DNA from: Vulcanimicrobiota bacterium | GTDB taxonomy: Bacteria > Vulcanimicrobiota > Vulcanimicrobiia > Vulcanimicrobiales > Vulcanimicrobiaceae | DNA: 64,000 nucleotides | Assembly (NCBI GenBank): GCA_963695225.1 | Contig: OY968762.1 | Span: forward strand, 64,001 to 128,000 | Reading direction: 5' to 3' | Shown here: positions 32,282 to 45,748 of the stretch, in pieces | Position numbering within the stretch: the first letter of the stretch is position 1 | Layout of the letters: every line of letters starts with the position of its first letter | The notes under the pieces: generated by a model | What the model was told of the DNA's origin: nothing | The model's input: the letters and a program-made list of their open reading frames with translations, nothing else | The model's database searches: none | Position numbers and translations under genes: made by a program

Positions 32282-32428
32282 CGGAGGGCCTCCAGCGAGC
32301 ATGGCTTCCGGGAGCATGACTTCGGAACGCCGCCCAAGGTTCCGTCCGCGTTCACCCGTCCGGCGCCGGCAGCGCGACCGAGGATGCCGTGCCGCCGGCG
32401 ACGCAGGCGAGCGTCGCCGGCAGGCGCC

Positions 32429-33124
32429 CTACACCGCCAGGTACCGCTGCATTGCCGCCGTGTCGCGCCGCAACTCCTCGATCGTACCGTGCGCCATGAC
32501 GCGGCCGTTCGAAAGGATGTAGCCGCGATCGGAGAGGCTCATCGCGACTTCGGCGTTCTGCTCGACGAGCAGGATCGTGTTCCCCTCGCCCTTGATCCGG
32601 CGCACGACGTCCTCGACGTTGCGCGCGATCAGCGGCGCGAGGCCTTCCATCGGCTCGTCGAGCAGGATGATGGCCGGGTTCGCGATCAGGGCGCGCGCGA
32701 TCGCGAGCATCTGCTGTTCGCCCCCGGAGAGCTTCGCGAGCGAATCCTTCCGGCGCCCGAGGACCTCGAAATATTCATAGATCCGCTTCTCGTCCCACGG
32801 CCCTTTGCGGCCGCGCAATGCCGCGAGGCGCAGGTTCTCGCCGACGGTCAGGTTCGGAAAGATCCGCCGGTCCTCGGGTACGAACGCGATGCCGAGGTTC
32901 GAGAGCGCGTACGGCGGGCGGCGCTCGATGCACGCGCCCTTGAAGCGGATGATCCCGGTGCGCGGGGGGACGAGCCCCATGATCGCCTTCAGCGTCGTGG
33001 AACGGCCGCTGCCGTTGCGCCCGAGCAACGCGACGACTTCGCCTTCCTCCACTTCGAGCGAGACATCCTGGAGCACGTGCGATTTGCCGTAGTACGCGTT
33101 GATCCGGTCGACGGTCAAGAGCAT
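32429..33124 (-). CDS. Branched-chain amino acid-type ABC ATP-binding protein (LivF-like)
   Basis: GRNGSGRST, VPEDRRIF, LSGGEQQMLAIAR, LVEQN. Confidence 0.92.
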   Translation of the reverse strand: MLLTVDRINAYYGKSHVLQDVSLEVEEGEVVALLGRNGSGRSTTLKAIMGLVPPRTGIIRFKGACIERRPPYALSNLGIAFVPEDRRIFPNLTVGENLRLAALRGRKGPWDEKRIYEYFEVLGRRKDSLAKLSGGEQQMLAIARALIANPAIILLDEPMEGLAPLIARNVEDVVRRIKGEGNTILLVEQNAEVAMSLSDRGYILSNGRVMAHGTIEELRRDTAAMQRYLAV

Positions 33125-33894
33125 CAGGCGAGCCCCCCGAGGTACGCCTTTTGCACGGCGTCGTTGTTGCGGATCTCCTCGGGCGTCCCGACGGCGAGGA
33201 CCGTCCCCGTTTGCATCACCGTGATCGTCGTCGAGATCGCCATCACGACGTCGATGTCGTGCTCGACGAGCATGATCGTTCGCCCCGGGGCGATCCGCTG
33301 GATCAGTTCGACCGTCGCGTGCGTCTCGAGCGGGGACATGCCGGCGAGCGGTTCGTCGAGCAAGAGCACGTGCGGGTCGCAGGCGATGACGAGGCCGATC
33401 TCCAGCCGCCGCTGATCGCCGTGCGAGAGGTTCTCCGCGCGCGTCGAGGCGAGCCCCTCGAGACCGATGTCGTGGAGGATCGACTCCGTCTTCGTCGAGA
33501 GGTCGCCCATCCGCGAGGAGGGCAGAAAGAAGTTCGCCTTCCCGTCGTGCACGGCTTGAACGGCGAGGCGGACGTTTTCGCGAACCGAAAGTTTGCCGAA
33601 GATGTTCGTGATCTGGAACGAGCGCGCGATGCCGAGGCGCGCGCGCTCGTAGGGCCGCAGCGCCGTGATGTCGCGGCCGCCGAAGAAGATCCTTCCCTCC
33701 GAGGGCGGCAAGAGCCCGGAGAGCAGGTTGAAGAACGTCGTCTTCCCGGCTCCGTTCGGCCCGATGATCGTGCGCACGCCGCCGGACGGAATCTCGAGCG
33801 TCACTTCGTTGACCGCGCGGAAGCCGGAGAATGCGCGCGTGAGGCCCTCGGTCCTGAACGCGTAACCGTCGGCGGTCGCGGCGGCCGAGCTCAC
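33124..33894 (-). CDS. Branched-chain amino acid-type ABC ATP-binding protein (LivG-like)
   Basis: GPNGAGKTT, GIARSFQ, LSHGDQRRLE, LVEHDID, AYLG. Confidence 0.92.
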   Translation of the reverse strand: MSSAAATADGYAFRTEGLTRAFSGFRAVNEVTLEIPSGGVRTIIGPNGAGKTTFFNLLSGLLPPSEGRIFFGGRDITALRPYERARLGIARSFQITNIFGKLSVRENVRLAVQAVHDGKANFFLPSSRMGDLSTKTESILHDIGLEGLASTRAENLSHGDQRRLEIGLVIACDPHVLLLDEPLAGMSPLETHATVELIQRIAPGRTIMLVEHDIDVVMAISTTITVMQTGTVLAVGTPEEIRNNDAVQKAYLGGLA

Positions 33895-34994
33895 GGCGTC
33901 ACCTCCTTCGGGCCCTCGATGTGCTCCGCCGGCTCGCGCCCGCGCAAGCGGCGCAGCGAGCTCTGCAGGCCGTAGTGCTGCAAGTCCTCGATCGCGCCCC
34001 AGATTCCGCGTGGTGCGGCGAGGACGAAGAACGCGAAGACGAGGCCGATGACGCCTTCCCAGTACTTCGTGAGGTGGGCGAAGTTGTTCTGCAATTCCCA
34101 GTAGACGAACGCGCCGACCATCGGGCCGACGAACGTGTTGATGCCGCCGAGCAGCGACATCATCACGACGCGGCCGGAGTAGTCGACGGAGCCGGCATCC
34201 GGATTGATCGATTGCTGGTAGAAGACCCACAGCCACCCGGCGAGCGCCGGGAAGAGCGCGGAAAGCACGAACGCGTTGACGCGGTACTTGTCTACGTCGT
34301 AGCCGAGGAATCTCGCGCGTTGCTTGTTCTCGCGGATCGCGTGCAGGACGCTCCCGAACGGCGATTCCAGCAGCCAGTACATCGCGGCGCACGCGAGCAG
34401 CGAGACGACCGCGGTGAAGATGAAGAAGTGCAGCGAGTTGTTCGCGAGCCACCCTTCGGGCAGGCCCGGCAGGTTCGGCCGCTCGATCGCTTGGATGCCG
34501 TCCTCCCCGCCCGTGAAGTCGCTCCATTTATAGGTGATGAAGAAGATCACTTGCGCGAACGCGAGCGTGATCATCGAATAATAGATGCCGCTCGAACGCG
34601 GCACGATCAGCCGGGCGAGGAACCACGCCCACAGCGAGGCGATCGCGAGCGCCAGGCCGAGCGCGAGCAGGAGGTTCGACGCGGCCGCGTGATGGACGGC
34701 CACGCCGAAGAGCGTCACGTCGAAGCCCTTCGAGTAGAGGCCGGTCACGTACGCGCCGAGCGTGAAGAACATCGCGTGCCCGAACGAGAGTTCGCCCATG
34801 TGCCCGAACAAGAGGTTGAAGCCGAGCGCGAACAGCGCGAAGACCAAGATCGTCGTCCCGAGATCGACGAACCCCGCGTGCAGCGGGAGCCGCCCTGCGG
34901 CAAAGGGGTTGAGGTCGAACGAGCCGCCCGGCATGACGAACGGGATGAGCGCGAACGCGATTGCGATCGCGCCGAGCGTCCGCAACGCTTTCAC
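33891..34994 (-). CDS. Branched-chain amino acid-type ABC permease (LivM-like)
   Basis: GHMGELSFGHAMF, YYSMITLAFAQ, TGGEDG, AIRENKQRA. Confidence 0.9.
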   Translation of the reverse strand: MKALRTLGAIAIAFALIPFVMPGGSFDLNPFAAGRLPLHAGFVDLGTTILVFALFALGFNLLFGHMGELSFGHAMFFTLGAYVTGLYSKGFDVTLFGVAVHHAAASNLLLALGLALAIASLWAWFLARLIVPRSSGIYYSMITLAFAQVIFFITYKWSDFTGGEDGIQAIERPNLPGLPEGWLANNSLHFFIFTAVVSLLACAAMYWLLESPFGSVLHAIRENKQRARFLGYDVDKYRVNAFVLSALFPALAGWLWVFYQQSINPDAGSVDYSGRVVMMSLLGGINTFVGPMVGAFVYWELQNNFAHLTKYWEGVIGLVFAFFVLAAPRGIWGAIEDLQHYGLQSSLRRLRGREPAEHIEGPKEVTP

Positions 34995-35869
34995 TCGAAG
35001 AGCCCCTCGACGCCGAAGATGCCGCGCGGGCGCACGAGCAGGATGATCCCCATGATGATGAAGCCCGTCAACTCGACGGCGGGCGGATAGAACAGCTCCA
35101 TCATGCTCGAGAGGATGCCGATGATGAGACCGCCGACGATCGCGCCCCAAAACGAACCGATCCCGCCGACGATCACGATGACGAACGTCAAGATGATCCA
35201 GCTTGCCGCGAGGCCCGGCTGAATGGCATAGACAGGTGCGGCAAGCGCGCCGGCTAGTCCCGCCATAAACGAGCCGATTCCGAAGACGAACGTGAACATC
35301 AGCGGCATGTTGACGCCCAAGATCTTCACCATCTCGGCGTCGCGCGTTCCGGCGCGGATGATCATGCCGACGTTCGTCTTGTTGATGAGGAGCCACACGC
35401 CCGCCAGGATCACGATCGTGGCGATCACGAGGAAGATATCCTTATAAACCGGGAATTCCGAGCCGCCGATCGTGACCTCGCCGCGCAGGTAGTCGGGGAG
35501 GCTCGGGAAGCGGACGGCGTCGTCCCCCCAGACGCGGCGTACGAATTGTTCGAAGACGAGCGCCGTGCCGAACGTCAGCAGCAGCGTGTATTCGGGGAGG
35601 CGTTTGTAGAGCGGCCGGATCAGCGTGGATTCGAAGAGCATTCCGAACGCGCCGATCGCGAGGGCCGCGCCGAAGATTCCGGGCCAAAACCCGATGCGCG
35701 GCGCCAGCTGATACGCCATGTAGGCGCCTAGCATGAAGAACGAGCCGTGCGAGAAGTTGATGACGCCCATCAAGCCGAGGATGATGTTGAGGCCGAGCGC
35801 GACGAGGATGTAGAGCATGCCGAGCGTGATGCCGTTGAAGAGCTGATCGGCGATGTGGTTGAAGGGCAT
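34991..35869 (-). CDS. Branched-chain amino acid-type ABC permease (LivH-like)
   Basis: NGITLGMLY..VALGL..ILG.MGVINFSHG, IVGGIGS. Confidence 0.92.
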   Translation of the reverse strand: MPFNHIADQLFNGITLGMLYILVALGLNIILGLMGVINFSHGSFFMLGAYMAYQLAPRIGFWPGIFGAALAIGAFGMLFESTLIRPLYKRLPEYTLLLTFGTALVFEQFVRRVWGDDAVRFPSLPDYLRGEVTIGGSEFPVYKDIFLVIATIVILAGVWLLINKTNVGMIIRAGTRDAEMVKILGVNMPLMFTFVFGIGSFMAGLAGALAAPVYAIQPGLAASWIILTFVIVIVGGIGSFWGAIVGGLIIGILSSMMELFYPPAVELTGFIIMGIILLVRPRGIFGVEGLFE

Positions 35870-36234
35870 GGATCGTCGCGGACCTCCGGTGCGTGCGCGC
35901 ACGGGCGGCGAACGGTCGCAGCGAGAGAGGCGAGCCGGTCGGGACGCTACTGTTACGAAAGTCGCAGGAGGTTACCTCGTCGCCGCGCCAGGGGCTTAGG
36001 TCCCGGAGCGGCGCCTGTTAGGCAGTGCTAGCAACGTAGGCGTGGGCGCGAACGTGCCGCATCGACCCCGCTACGGCGGAGCGCCTCGGGCCGCACGCAC
36101 GAAAACACGACGCCGGCGAAAGCGCCGTCGTCGAGTCTTTCGTTACGCGAATGCTCCACGCCGGAGGCGACACGGCTCCGGGCCGCCTCGTCCGACCGGC
36201 CGCAGCCCCCTCCGGCAACGGTCGAGGGAGTAGG

Positions 36235-36522
36235 TTAGGGTTTGCGCCTCCGGCCGGCGCCCTCGCGCCGCAGGAGTTCGCCCAAGACCGCGTCGTCATC
36301 GCTTTGGGCGAAAAACGCCGCCAGCGAATGCTCGATGACCGCGCTCTCGCTGACCCGCTGGAAGAAGGCGAACTCCTCCAGCCGCTCTGCGAGAGCGACG
36401 CTCAGCGTGTGGGAGACCTTTGAGACGCTGCTCTTGCGCGGCGCCTCGTTACCGTTGTCCACGTTCCGGGCCCTGGGGGCGGCGTTCTCTGCCGGGATAC
36501 GGCTGTTGAGTTGTTTGTTCAT
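36235..36522 (-). CDS. Small ribbon-helix-helix (CopG-like) DNA-binding protein
   Basis: KVSHTLS strand, then ALAERLEEFAFFQRVSESAVIEHSLAAFF two-helix pattern. Confidence 0.6.
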   Translation of the reverse strand: MNKQLNSRIPAENAAPRARNVDNGNEAPRKSSVSKVSHTLSVALAERLEEFAFFQRVSESAVIEHSLAAFFAQSDDDAVLGELLRREGAGRRRKP

Positions 36523-36769
36523 CCTAGCTGCTTCTGTAGTGAGTTGTAGTGCAAAAAGCGCCGGGAGGTCGGACCATCAACCCGGTAGTGGCTATCCCCT
36601 GCTTACATTGTGCTCCTCGACGAAACTAAAGTAAACGGCTCGCCTGTTCATCGGGTATAACGCCTTTGGGCCGGCAGGCCGGCGACTTGGGGCGAGGGCC
36701 CCGGGCGGCGGCGTCAAACCCGAAGCATCCCCGGCGGAGCCGGGGACCCGATGGGAGAATCAAGAGACC

Positions 36770-39271
<2,502 letters not shown>

Positions 39272-39391
39272 GCGCCGGTCGGCAGTCCATTTGCAGCGTG
39301 GCGGGCCCGTCTACCGGCGGCGGTCGCCTCGTGGTTCGCGCGCGATCTGGTAGCGGCGGCGCTCGGCTTCATCGAAGGCGGGCGCGTCGTC

Positions 39392-42300
39392 TTGCGCGTC
39401 GTGGAGGAACTCCGCGTTGAAGCCGAGGTCCGCGACCCGCGTTTCCCGGTTCCGCTCGTCGCGCTGGTCGAATGGGGCGGCGGGACGGGACCTCTCGCGT
39501 TGCGCCCGGTGTGCACGTGCGGCGCGAGCGGCGTGTGCGCGCACGCGATCGCGGCCCTCGAGGCCGTCCGTTCCCAGACGGAGTTCACGCAGCGCTCTCC
39601 GGACGACGATCTCGACCTGAGCTGGATTCCGAGCTCGCAGGCCGTCGGCACTGGCCGCCGCGCGCGGAGCGTCTGGGTCGTGTTCTCGATCGCCGAGGGC
39701 GCCGTCGGCGCGATGCTCGTTCTCGATTCGCCGCGCTTGCGCGGCGCTGCGCGCGACGCAACGGCCGTGTTGGCGATGATGGACTCCTCGCCGGCCGACG
39801 ATTGGGACGAAGCCGACCGCGAGTTGCTGCGCGACGAAGCCGTCCACGACGCGTTCAACGGGCGTACGCCCGCGAAGGCGCTGGGGCGCGCGATGCTCGC
39901 GCTGGCACGCCATCCGCGCGTCCGCTTCGACCCGGATCCTTCGCTCGGCCGGCATCCCTCCGAACTCCCCGAGTTCGCCGTCGATCTGCGCGGCCTGCGC
40001 TTGCGGGCGACGCAGCGCGCGGGAACGTTCGTCCCGCTCGTGGTCAACGCCGATGCCCGGCGCGTCGCGATCGCCGACGCCGCGCTCATCTCCGGGCCGC
40101 CGCAATGGCTCGTCACGAAGCGGAGCGCCTACTTGCTCGACGGGAGCTTCGCCCCCCAGAAGGTGATCGAGGCCGCCCGTCAGGCGAACGGAGCGGCTCC
40201 CGCCAAGGGTGCGAAACCCGCATTCTCGTTGCGGACGATCGAGCGCGTCGCGCCGTATTTGCTACGCGACGAGCGCGCGCAACTCGGGATCGTCGACGCC
40301 GCCCAGCCTTCGGCCGACGTGGCGTTCGCCTGGAACGCGGGCGCGCTCGTCGCCGTCCTCACGTTCATCGATCGAGCGACCGGGGCGCGGGCTCCCTACG
40401 ACGTGCACGGCGCGATCGCGCGCGAAGGGACGGGGTTCGTCCGCTTCACGGCCGAGCACGCGCATTCGCTGCGCCATCGGATGCTCGAGGCCGGCTTCGT
40501 CCCGCGCGGGATCGACGCGTTCGCGCTACACGGGACGGATCGCGCGGCGGCGTTCGTGCGCGAGACGCTCCCGGCTTGGGGCGATTTCGACCGCCGGTTG
40601 GATCCCGGTCTCGCGGAACTCGCGGCGGGCGGCGGGCAACTCGACATCTCCGTCTCGGCGGTCCGGCCGAAAGGCGAGGCGGATTGGTTCGAGCTGAACG
40701 TCGATGCGATGCTCCCCGACGGGCAGACGCTGACGCCGGCCGAGATCGAGGCGTTGTTGGCCTCGTCGGGCCGGTACGCCGAGGTCCGCGGCCGGCTCGT
40801 CGACGTCGAGAGACTCCGCGCGCGCAGCATCCTCGTCTCCGATCTGACGGAGCGCAAGCGCACGGGCCTCGCCGCGCTCCTGGCGTTGCGCGACGAACTG
40901 CACGAGAACTTCGATAACGTTTCCCTGCCGCCGGAAGTCGAGGCGCTCCGCGAGCGCCTGCGGGAGTTCGCCGGGATCGCGCACGTCACGCCGCCGGCGC
41001 TGCAAGGCGGCGAGCTGCGGCACTATCAGGAGATCGGGCTCGACTTCCTCTCGTATCTCGCCTCGTTCTCGTTCGGCGGCATCCTCGCCGACGAAATGGG
41101 CCTCGGCAAGACGATCCAGGTGATCAGCCACTTGCTCCATCGCAAGCACGGCGAAGGAGCGGCTCCGTCGCTCGTGATCGCGCCGACTTCCGTGACGCAC
41201 ACCTGGGAGAACGAGATCAAGCGCTTCGGGCCCGAGCTCTCGACGTTGCGGCTGCAATCCGGGAGCGAGCGCGCCGCCCGCTACGAGGAGATCGCCGCGG
41301 CCGACGTCGTGATCACCTCGTACGCCATCGCCCGCATCGACGCCGAGCAACTGGCGCAGCAGCGCTTTAGAACGCTGATCCTCGACGAGGCGCAGAACGC
41401 GAAGAACCCGAGCTCGCAGATCGCGCGAGTCGTCCGTTCGCTCTCGGCCGACCACCGCATCGCGCTGACCGGCACGCCCGTCGAAAACTCCCTGCGCGAT
41501 CTCTGGGCGATCTTCGCGTTTGCGGAACCGGGGCTGCTCGGGACGGAATCCGCCTTCAGGCGCCGTTTCGAAGTCCCGATCGCCGAGGGTGACGCGCAGG
41601 CGACGCACGCGCTGCGGGCGCGCCTCGAGCCCTTCGTGCTGCGCCGCACGAAAGAGGACGTCGCGCCCGAACTCCCCGAGCGTACCGAAGTGGTCCTGGA
41701 ATGCGATCTCTCCCCGCTGCAGCGGCGCCTCTACCGCGGCGTCGCGGAGGCGGCGCGGCGGGACCTCTTCCCGCTCGTCGAGGCGCAGGGAATCGAGCGG
41801 ACGACGGTCCACGTGCTCGCCGCGCTGACGCGGCTGCGCCAGATCTGCGCGCACCCGGGGATGCTCTTCGAAGAGCACCGCGCCGACCCCGATGCGAGCG
41901 CGAAGTTCGACTCGTTCCTCGAGACCGTCGAGGAGATTCTCTCCGGCGAGCACCGCGTGCTCGTCTTCAGCGCGTTCGCGTCGATGCTCAAGATCATGCG
42001 TGCCGAACTCGACCGCCGGGGCATCGGCTACGGCTATCTCGACGGCTCGACGAAGGATCGCGACCGCAGCGCGGAGGTCGAGCGCTTCATGCGGCCGGAC
42101 GGCCCGCCGGTCTTCCTCTGTTCGCTCAAGGCCGGCGGCGTCGGATTGACGCTCACGGCGGCGGACTACGTGATCCTCTACGACCCGTGGTGGAACCCGG
42201 CCGTGGAACGCCAGGCGATCGACCGCACGCACCGCATCGGACAGAAGCGCAACGTGACCGCCTACCGGCTCGTCTCGAGCGGGACCGTCGAAGAGAAGAT

Positions 42301-42418
42301 TCGGGTCCTCGCGGAACGGAAAGCGGATCTTTCCAGGGCCGTCATCAAGGCCGACGGCGCGATCGCGAAGTCCCTGACCCGCGAAGATCTCGAACTGCTG
42401 CTCGCCGACCCGGAGTGA
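39392..42418 (+). CDS. SWIM-domain SNF2-family helicase/ATPase (true start probably further upstream)
   Basis: CTC..GVCAH SWIM; LADEMGLGKT, ILDEAQ, LTGTPVEN, SLKAGGVGLTL, QAIDRTHRIGQ. Confidence 0.93.
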   Translation: MRVVEELRVEAEVRDPRFPVPLVALVEWGGGTGPLALRPVCTCGASGVCAHAIAALEAVRSQTEFTQRSPDDDLDLSWIPSSQAVGTGRRARSVWVVFSIAEGAVGAMLVLDSPRLRGAARDATAVLAMMDSSPADDWDEADRELLRDEAVHDAFNGRTPAKALGRAMLALARHPRVRFDPDPSLGRHPSELPEFAVDLRGLRLRATQRAGTFVPLVVNADARRVAIADAALISGPPQWLVTKRSAYLLDGSFAPQKVIEAARQANGAAPAKGAKPAFSLRTIERVAPYLLRDERAQLGIVDAAQPSADVAFAWNAGALVAVLTFIDRATGARAPYDVHGAIAREGTGFVRFTAEHAHSLRHRMLEAGFVPRGIDAFALHGTDRAAAFVRETLPAWGDFDRRLDPGLAELAAGGGQLDISVSAVRPKGEADWFELNVDAMLPDGQTLTPAEIEALLASSGRYAEVRGRLVDVERLRARSILVSDLTERKRTGLAALLALRDELHENFDNVSLPPEVEALRERLREFAGIAHVTPPALQGGELRHYQEIGLDFLSYLASFSFGGILADEMGLGKTIQVISHLLHRKHGEGAAPSLVIAPTSVTHTWENEIKRFGPELSTLRLQSGSERAARYEEIAAADVVITSYAIARIDAEQLAQQRFRTLILDEAQNAKNPSSQIARVVRSLSADHRIALTGTPVENSLRDLWAIFAFAEPGLLGTESAFRRRFEVPIAEGDAQATHALRARLEPFVLRRTKEDVAPELPERTEVVLECDLSPLQRRLYRGVAEAARRDLFPLVEAQGIERTTVHVLAALTRLRQICAHPGMLFEEHRADPDASAKFDSFLETVEEILSGEHRVLVFSAFASMLKIMRAELDRRGIGYGYLDGSTKDRDRSAEVERFMRPDGPPVFLCSLKAGGVGLTLTAADYVILYDPWWNPAVERQAIDRTHRIGQKRNVTAYRLVSSGTVEEKIRVLAERKADLSRAVIKADGAIAKSLTREDLELLLADPE

Positions 42419-42419
42419 G

Positions 42420-42458
42420 CCTTACGGCGCCGCCCTCTCCGGCGGGGGCGCCGTAAGG
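42420..42458. terminator. Hairpin after the SNF2 gene (possible terminator or stabiliser)
   Basis: CCTTACGGCGCC...GGCGCCGTAAGG 12 bp perfect inverted repeat; no U-tract. Confidence 0.5.
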
Positions 42459-42504
42459 AGGCGCCGCAGGTTCGGAGAATCGGCACTCCCGGAGGGTGAG
42501 GGGG

Positions 42505-44169
42505 ATGAAGAGCTACGTTCACGGCGCAAGTTCCAAGCCGCTGATCGGCGAGACGATCGGGGCGCACTTCGATCGTATGGCGGAGCGCTACGCGGCAAGC
42601 GACGCAGTCGTCTCCGTCCATCAGGGTGTCCGCCTCACCTACGCGGAGCTCCGCAAGGCGACCGACGAGTTCGCGCGGGGCCTCGCGGCGCTCGGCGTCA
42701 AGCACGGCGACCGCGTCGGGATCTGGTCGACGAACAACGTCGAATGGATCGTCGCGCAGTTCGCGACGCCGAAGATCGGCGCGATCCTCGTCAACATCAA
42801 CCCCGCCTACCGCACGAGCGAAGTGGCCTACGTCCTCAAGCAGAGCGGCGTCTCCGTGCTGCTCTCGCAGGTCCGGCACAAGACGAGCGATTACGCGGGG
42901 ATGTTGCGCCAAGTCGGGCGCGATCTTCCCGACCTGCGCCGCGTGGTGTTCATCGGAGACGACGAGCTCGACGCGCCGTTCGCCGACTCGATGCGCTGGG
43001 CCGACGTGCTCGCCGCGGCGCCGCACTTCCCGGAGGAACAGTTGCGCGCGCGTCTGGAGCGGACGGAGTTCGACGAAGCGATCAACATCCAATACACATC
43101 GGGGACGACGGGCTTCCCGAAGGGCGCCACACTCTCGCACCACAACATCCTCAACAACGGCTTCTTCATCGGCGAAGGCTGTCGCTACACGGAGAAGGAT
43201 CGCGTCTGCATCCCCGTGCCGTTCTACCACTGCTTCGGAATGGTGCTTGCGAACCTGGCCTGCATCACGCACGGCGCGGCGATGGTGATCCCCGCGCCGA
43301 CGTTCGATTCGCAGCTTACGATGGAGGCCGTCGAGAAGGAGAAGTGCACGTCGCTCTACGGCGTCCCGACGATGTTCATCGCCGAGCTGTCGCTCCCGAA
43401 TTTCAAGGAGTACGACGTCTCGACGTTGCGCACGGGGATCATGGCCGGTTCTCCCTGCCCGGTCGAGGTGATGAAACGCGTCCAGAGCGAGATGCACATG
43501 CCGGAGGTCACGATCTGCTACGGTATGACCGAGACCTCGCCCGTCTCGACGCAGACCGCCGTCGACGATCCGCTCGCGAAGCGGACGGAGACGGTCGGCC
43601 GCGTCCATCCGCACCTCGAAGTGAAGATCGTCGACGAGCACGGGCAGATCGTCCCGCGCGGGACGCCGGGCGAACTCTGCACGCGCGGCTACAGCGTGAT
43701 GCTCGGCTACTGGCGCGACCCGGAGAACACCGCGAAGGCGATCGACGGCGCCCGCTACATGCACACCGGCGACATCGCGACGATGGACGAGGACGGGTAC
43801 CTGAACATCAGCGGGCGCATCAAGGACATGGTGATCCGCGGCGGCGAGAACCTCTACCCGCGCGAGATCGAGGAGTTCCTCTACTCGCATCCGGCGATCC
43901 GCGACGTGCAAGTCGTCGGCGTCCCGGACCTCAAGTACGGCGAGGAGCTCTGCGCTTGGGTGATCCTGCATCCGGGCGCGAACGTGACGGAGGACGAGAT
44001 CAAGGAGTACTGTCGCGGGAAGATCGCGCACTACAAGATCCCGCGCTACGTGCGCTTCGCGACGGAATTTCCGATGACGGTCACCGGGAAGATTCGCAAG
44101 GTGGAGATGCGCGCGATTTCGACGACCGAGTTGGGCTTGGAGGCCGCGGCGAAGGTCAAGACGGCCTGA
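42505..44169 (+). CDS. AMP-binding acyl-CoA synthetase (ACSF2/YngI-like)
   Basis: [44 protein letters not shown]. Confidence 0.93.
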   Translation: MKSYVHGASSKPLIGETIGAHFDRMAERYAASDAVVSVHQGVRLTYAELRKATDEFARGLAALGVKHGDRVGIWSTNNVEWIVAQFATPKIGAILVNINPAYRTSEVAYVLKQSGVSVLLSQVRHKTSDYAGMLRQVGRDLPDLRRVVFIGDDELDAPFADSMRWADVLAAAPHFPEEQLRARLERTEFDEAINIQYTSGTTGFPKGATLSHHNILNNGFFIGEGCRYTEKDRVCIPVPFYHCFGMVLANLACITHGAAMVIPAPTFDSQLTMEAVEKEKCTSLYGVPTMFIAELSLPNFKEYDVSTLRTGIMAGSPCPVEVMKRVQSEMHMPEVTICYGMTETSPVSTQTAVDDPLAKRTETVGRVHPHLEVKIVDEHGQIVPRGTPGELCTRGYSVMLGYWRDPENTAKAIDGARYMHTGDIATMDEDGYLNISGRIKDMVIRGGENLYPREIEEFLYSHPAIRDVQVVGVPDLKYGEELCAWVILHPGANVTEDEIKEYCRGKIAHYKIPRYVRFATEFPMTVTGKIRKVEMRAISTTELGLEAAAKVKTA

Positions 44170-44185
44170 CCGGGGAGCGCCGCTC

Positions 44186-45748
44186 CTAGTCGGCGAGCGG
44201 CGCCGCCTCGATGACGACCTCGTGCGAGGGCCCGCGCAGGATCATGACGAGCGGTATGCTGAGCGCGAAGATGATCGCCGTGAGCCGGAAGAGATAATCG
44301 TACGAGATCACCGCGGCATTCTGCGCGACCATGCCGTTGATCTGCGCGATCAGGCTCGCGTGATTCCCCGGAGTGTCGAGGAGTTGCGCGACGCCCGGGT
44401 TCGCGTTCGTCACCGTAGCGGCGAGCATCGTGTGCACCGTCGCTTCGCGCCGTTCCTGGATCACTTGGAGGATTGCGATGCCGAGGCTGCCGCCGAGTTG
44501 CCGGACGAGCGTCGAAATGCCGGTCGCGCTCGCGAGGCCGGCGCGGTCGATGCCCGAGAGCGTCGCCGTCGTCAGCGGCACGAACAGGAAGCCGATCGCG
44601 AAGCCCTGGACGGCTCGGGGCCAGAAGACGTCCCAGTAGCCCGCGTATTGATTGAGATCGCCCATCCACCAGGCGGAGGCCGCGAAGATCGCGAGGCCGG
44701 TCGCGATCACGTAGCGCGGATCGATCAGGGACGACGCGCGCGCTGCCAGGGGCATGCTTACGGCGGTCGCGAGCGCCCCCGGAAGCAGCGCGAGCCCCGT
44801 CTGCCACGCGTCGAAACCGAGGACGCGCTGGAAGAAGAGCGGCAAGATCAAGTTCAAGCCGAACAGGCCGAAGCCGCTGACGACGCCGATCAGGTTCCCC
44901 GCGGCAAACGAGCGGAGCTTGAACAGGCGCAAGTTCACGATCGGATGGCGATCGCGCAGCTCGCGCCGGATGAAGAAGGCGAGCCCCGCGACGCCGAGGA
45001 CGAGCAGCAGCGTGATCGTCGCGGAATCGAACCAGTCGTCGTGCTGCCCGCGTTCCAGGACGTACTGCAGCGAAGCGACGCCGACGGTCATCGCCCCTAG
45101 TCCGAGCCAATCGATTCCGACCTCGGGCTTCTTGATGTACGCGGGATCGCGGATGTACGCGAGCGTCATGATGAACGCGACGATCCCGATCGGAATGTTG
45201 ATCGAGAAGATCAGCGGCCAGCTGAAGTTGTCGACGATGTAGCCGCCGAGCGTCGGCCCGAGCGCGGGGCCGACCATCGCTCCGATGCCGAACAGCGCCA
45301 TCGCCTGGCCGCGTTTCTCCGGGGGGTACGTCTCGAAGAGGATCGCCTGGGCCGTCGGCTGCAGCGCGCCTCCGCCGATCCCTTGGATGATGCGGAAGAT
45401 CACGAGCGCCGTGACGCTCGTGGCGAGCGAGCACAGGAGCGACGCGACCGTGAAGATCACGAGGCACGCCGCATAGAACGTCCGCCGCCCCAGCATCGCC
45501 GTCAGCCAGCCGTTGAGCGGCATGATCACGACGTTCGCGAGGATGTAGCCGGTCGCGACCCAAGCGATCTCGTCGACCGTCGCGCCGAGCGTCCCGGCCA
45601 TCTCGTTCAGCGCGACGTTGACGATCGTCGCGTCGATGATCGCCATGATCAATCCGAGCATCACGGTGATCGTGATCAAGATGATCGGCGGATCCCGGCG
45701 GGCGGTCTCTGCTCGCGGAGCGGGTCCGCTCAGGGCTATGGAGGCGAT
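44186..45748 (-). CDS. DHA2 (EmrB/QacA) MFS transporter; probable ATC start
   Basis: AIIDATIVNVAL, WVATGYILAN, RIIQGIGGG, GPALGPTLGG, RQLGGSLGIA. Confidence 0.92.
   Translation of the reverse strand: MASIALSGPAPRAETARRDPPIILITITVMLGLIMAIIDATIVNVALNEMAGTLGATVDEIAWVATGYILANVVIMPLNGWLTAMLGRRTFYAACLVIFTVASLLCSLATSVTALVIFRIIQGIGGGALQPTAQAILFETYPPEKRGQAMALFGIGAMVGPALGPTLGGYIVDNFSWPLIFSINIPIGIVAFIMTLAYIRDPAYIKKPEVGIDWLGLGAMTVGVASLQYVLERGQHDDWFDSATITLLLVLGVAGLAFFIRRELRDRHPIVNLRLFKLRSFAAGNLIGVVSGFGLFGLNLILPLFFQRVLGFDAWQTGLALLPGALATAVSMPLAARASSLIDPRYVIATGLAIFAASAWWMGDLNQYAGYWDVFWPRAVQGFAIGFLFVPLTTATLSGIDRAGLASATGISTLVRQLGGSLGIAILQVIQERREATVHTMLAATVTNANPGVAQLLDTPGNHASLIAQINGMVAQNAAVISYDYLFRLTAIIFALSIPLVMILRGPSHEVVIEAAPLAD

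Noticed and set aside
33000..33030. Walker A GRNGSGRST (K to R) in the LivF-like ATPase
   Set aside because: I recall this variant in a LivF subfamily; it is not evidence of inactivation.
36018..36031. Third DtxR-like box TTAGGCAGTGCTAG
   Set aside because: Three mismatches to the inferred consensus; likely chance.
35870..36234. Possible riboswitch upstream of the liv operon
   Set aside because: GC-rich hairpins are present, but I recognise no aptamer consensus.
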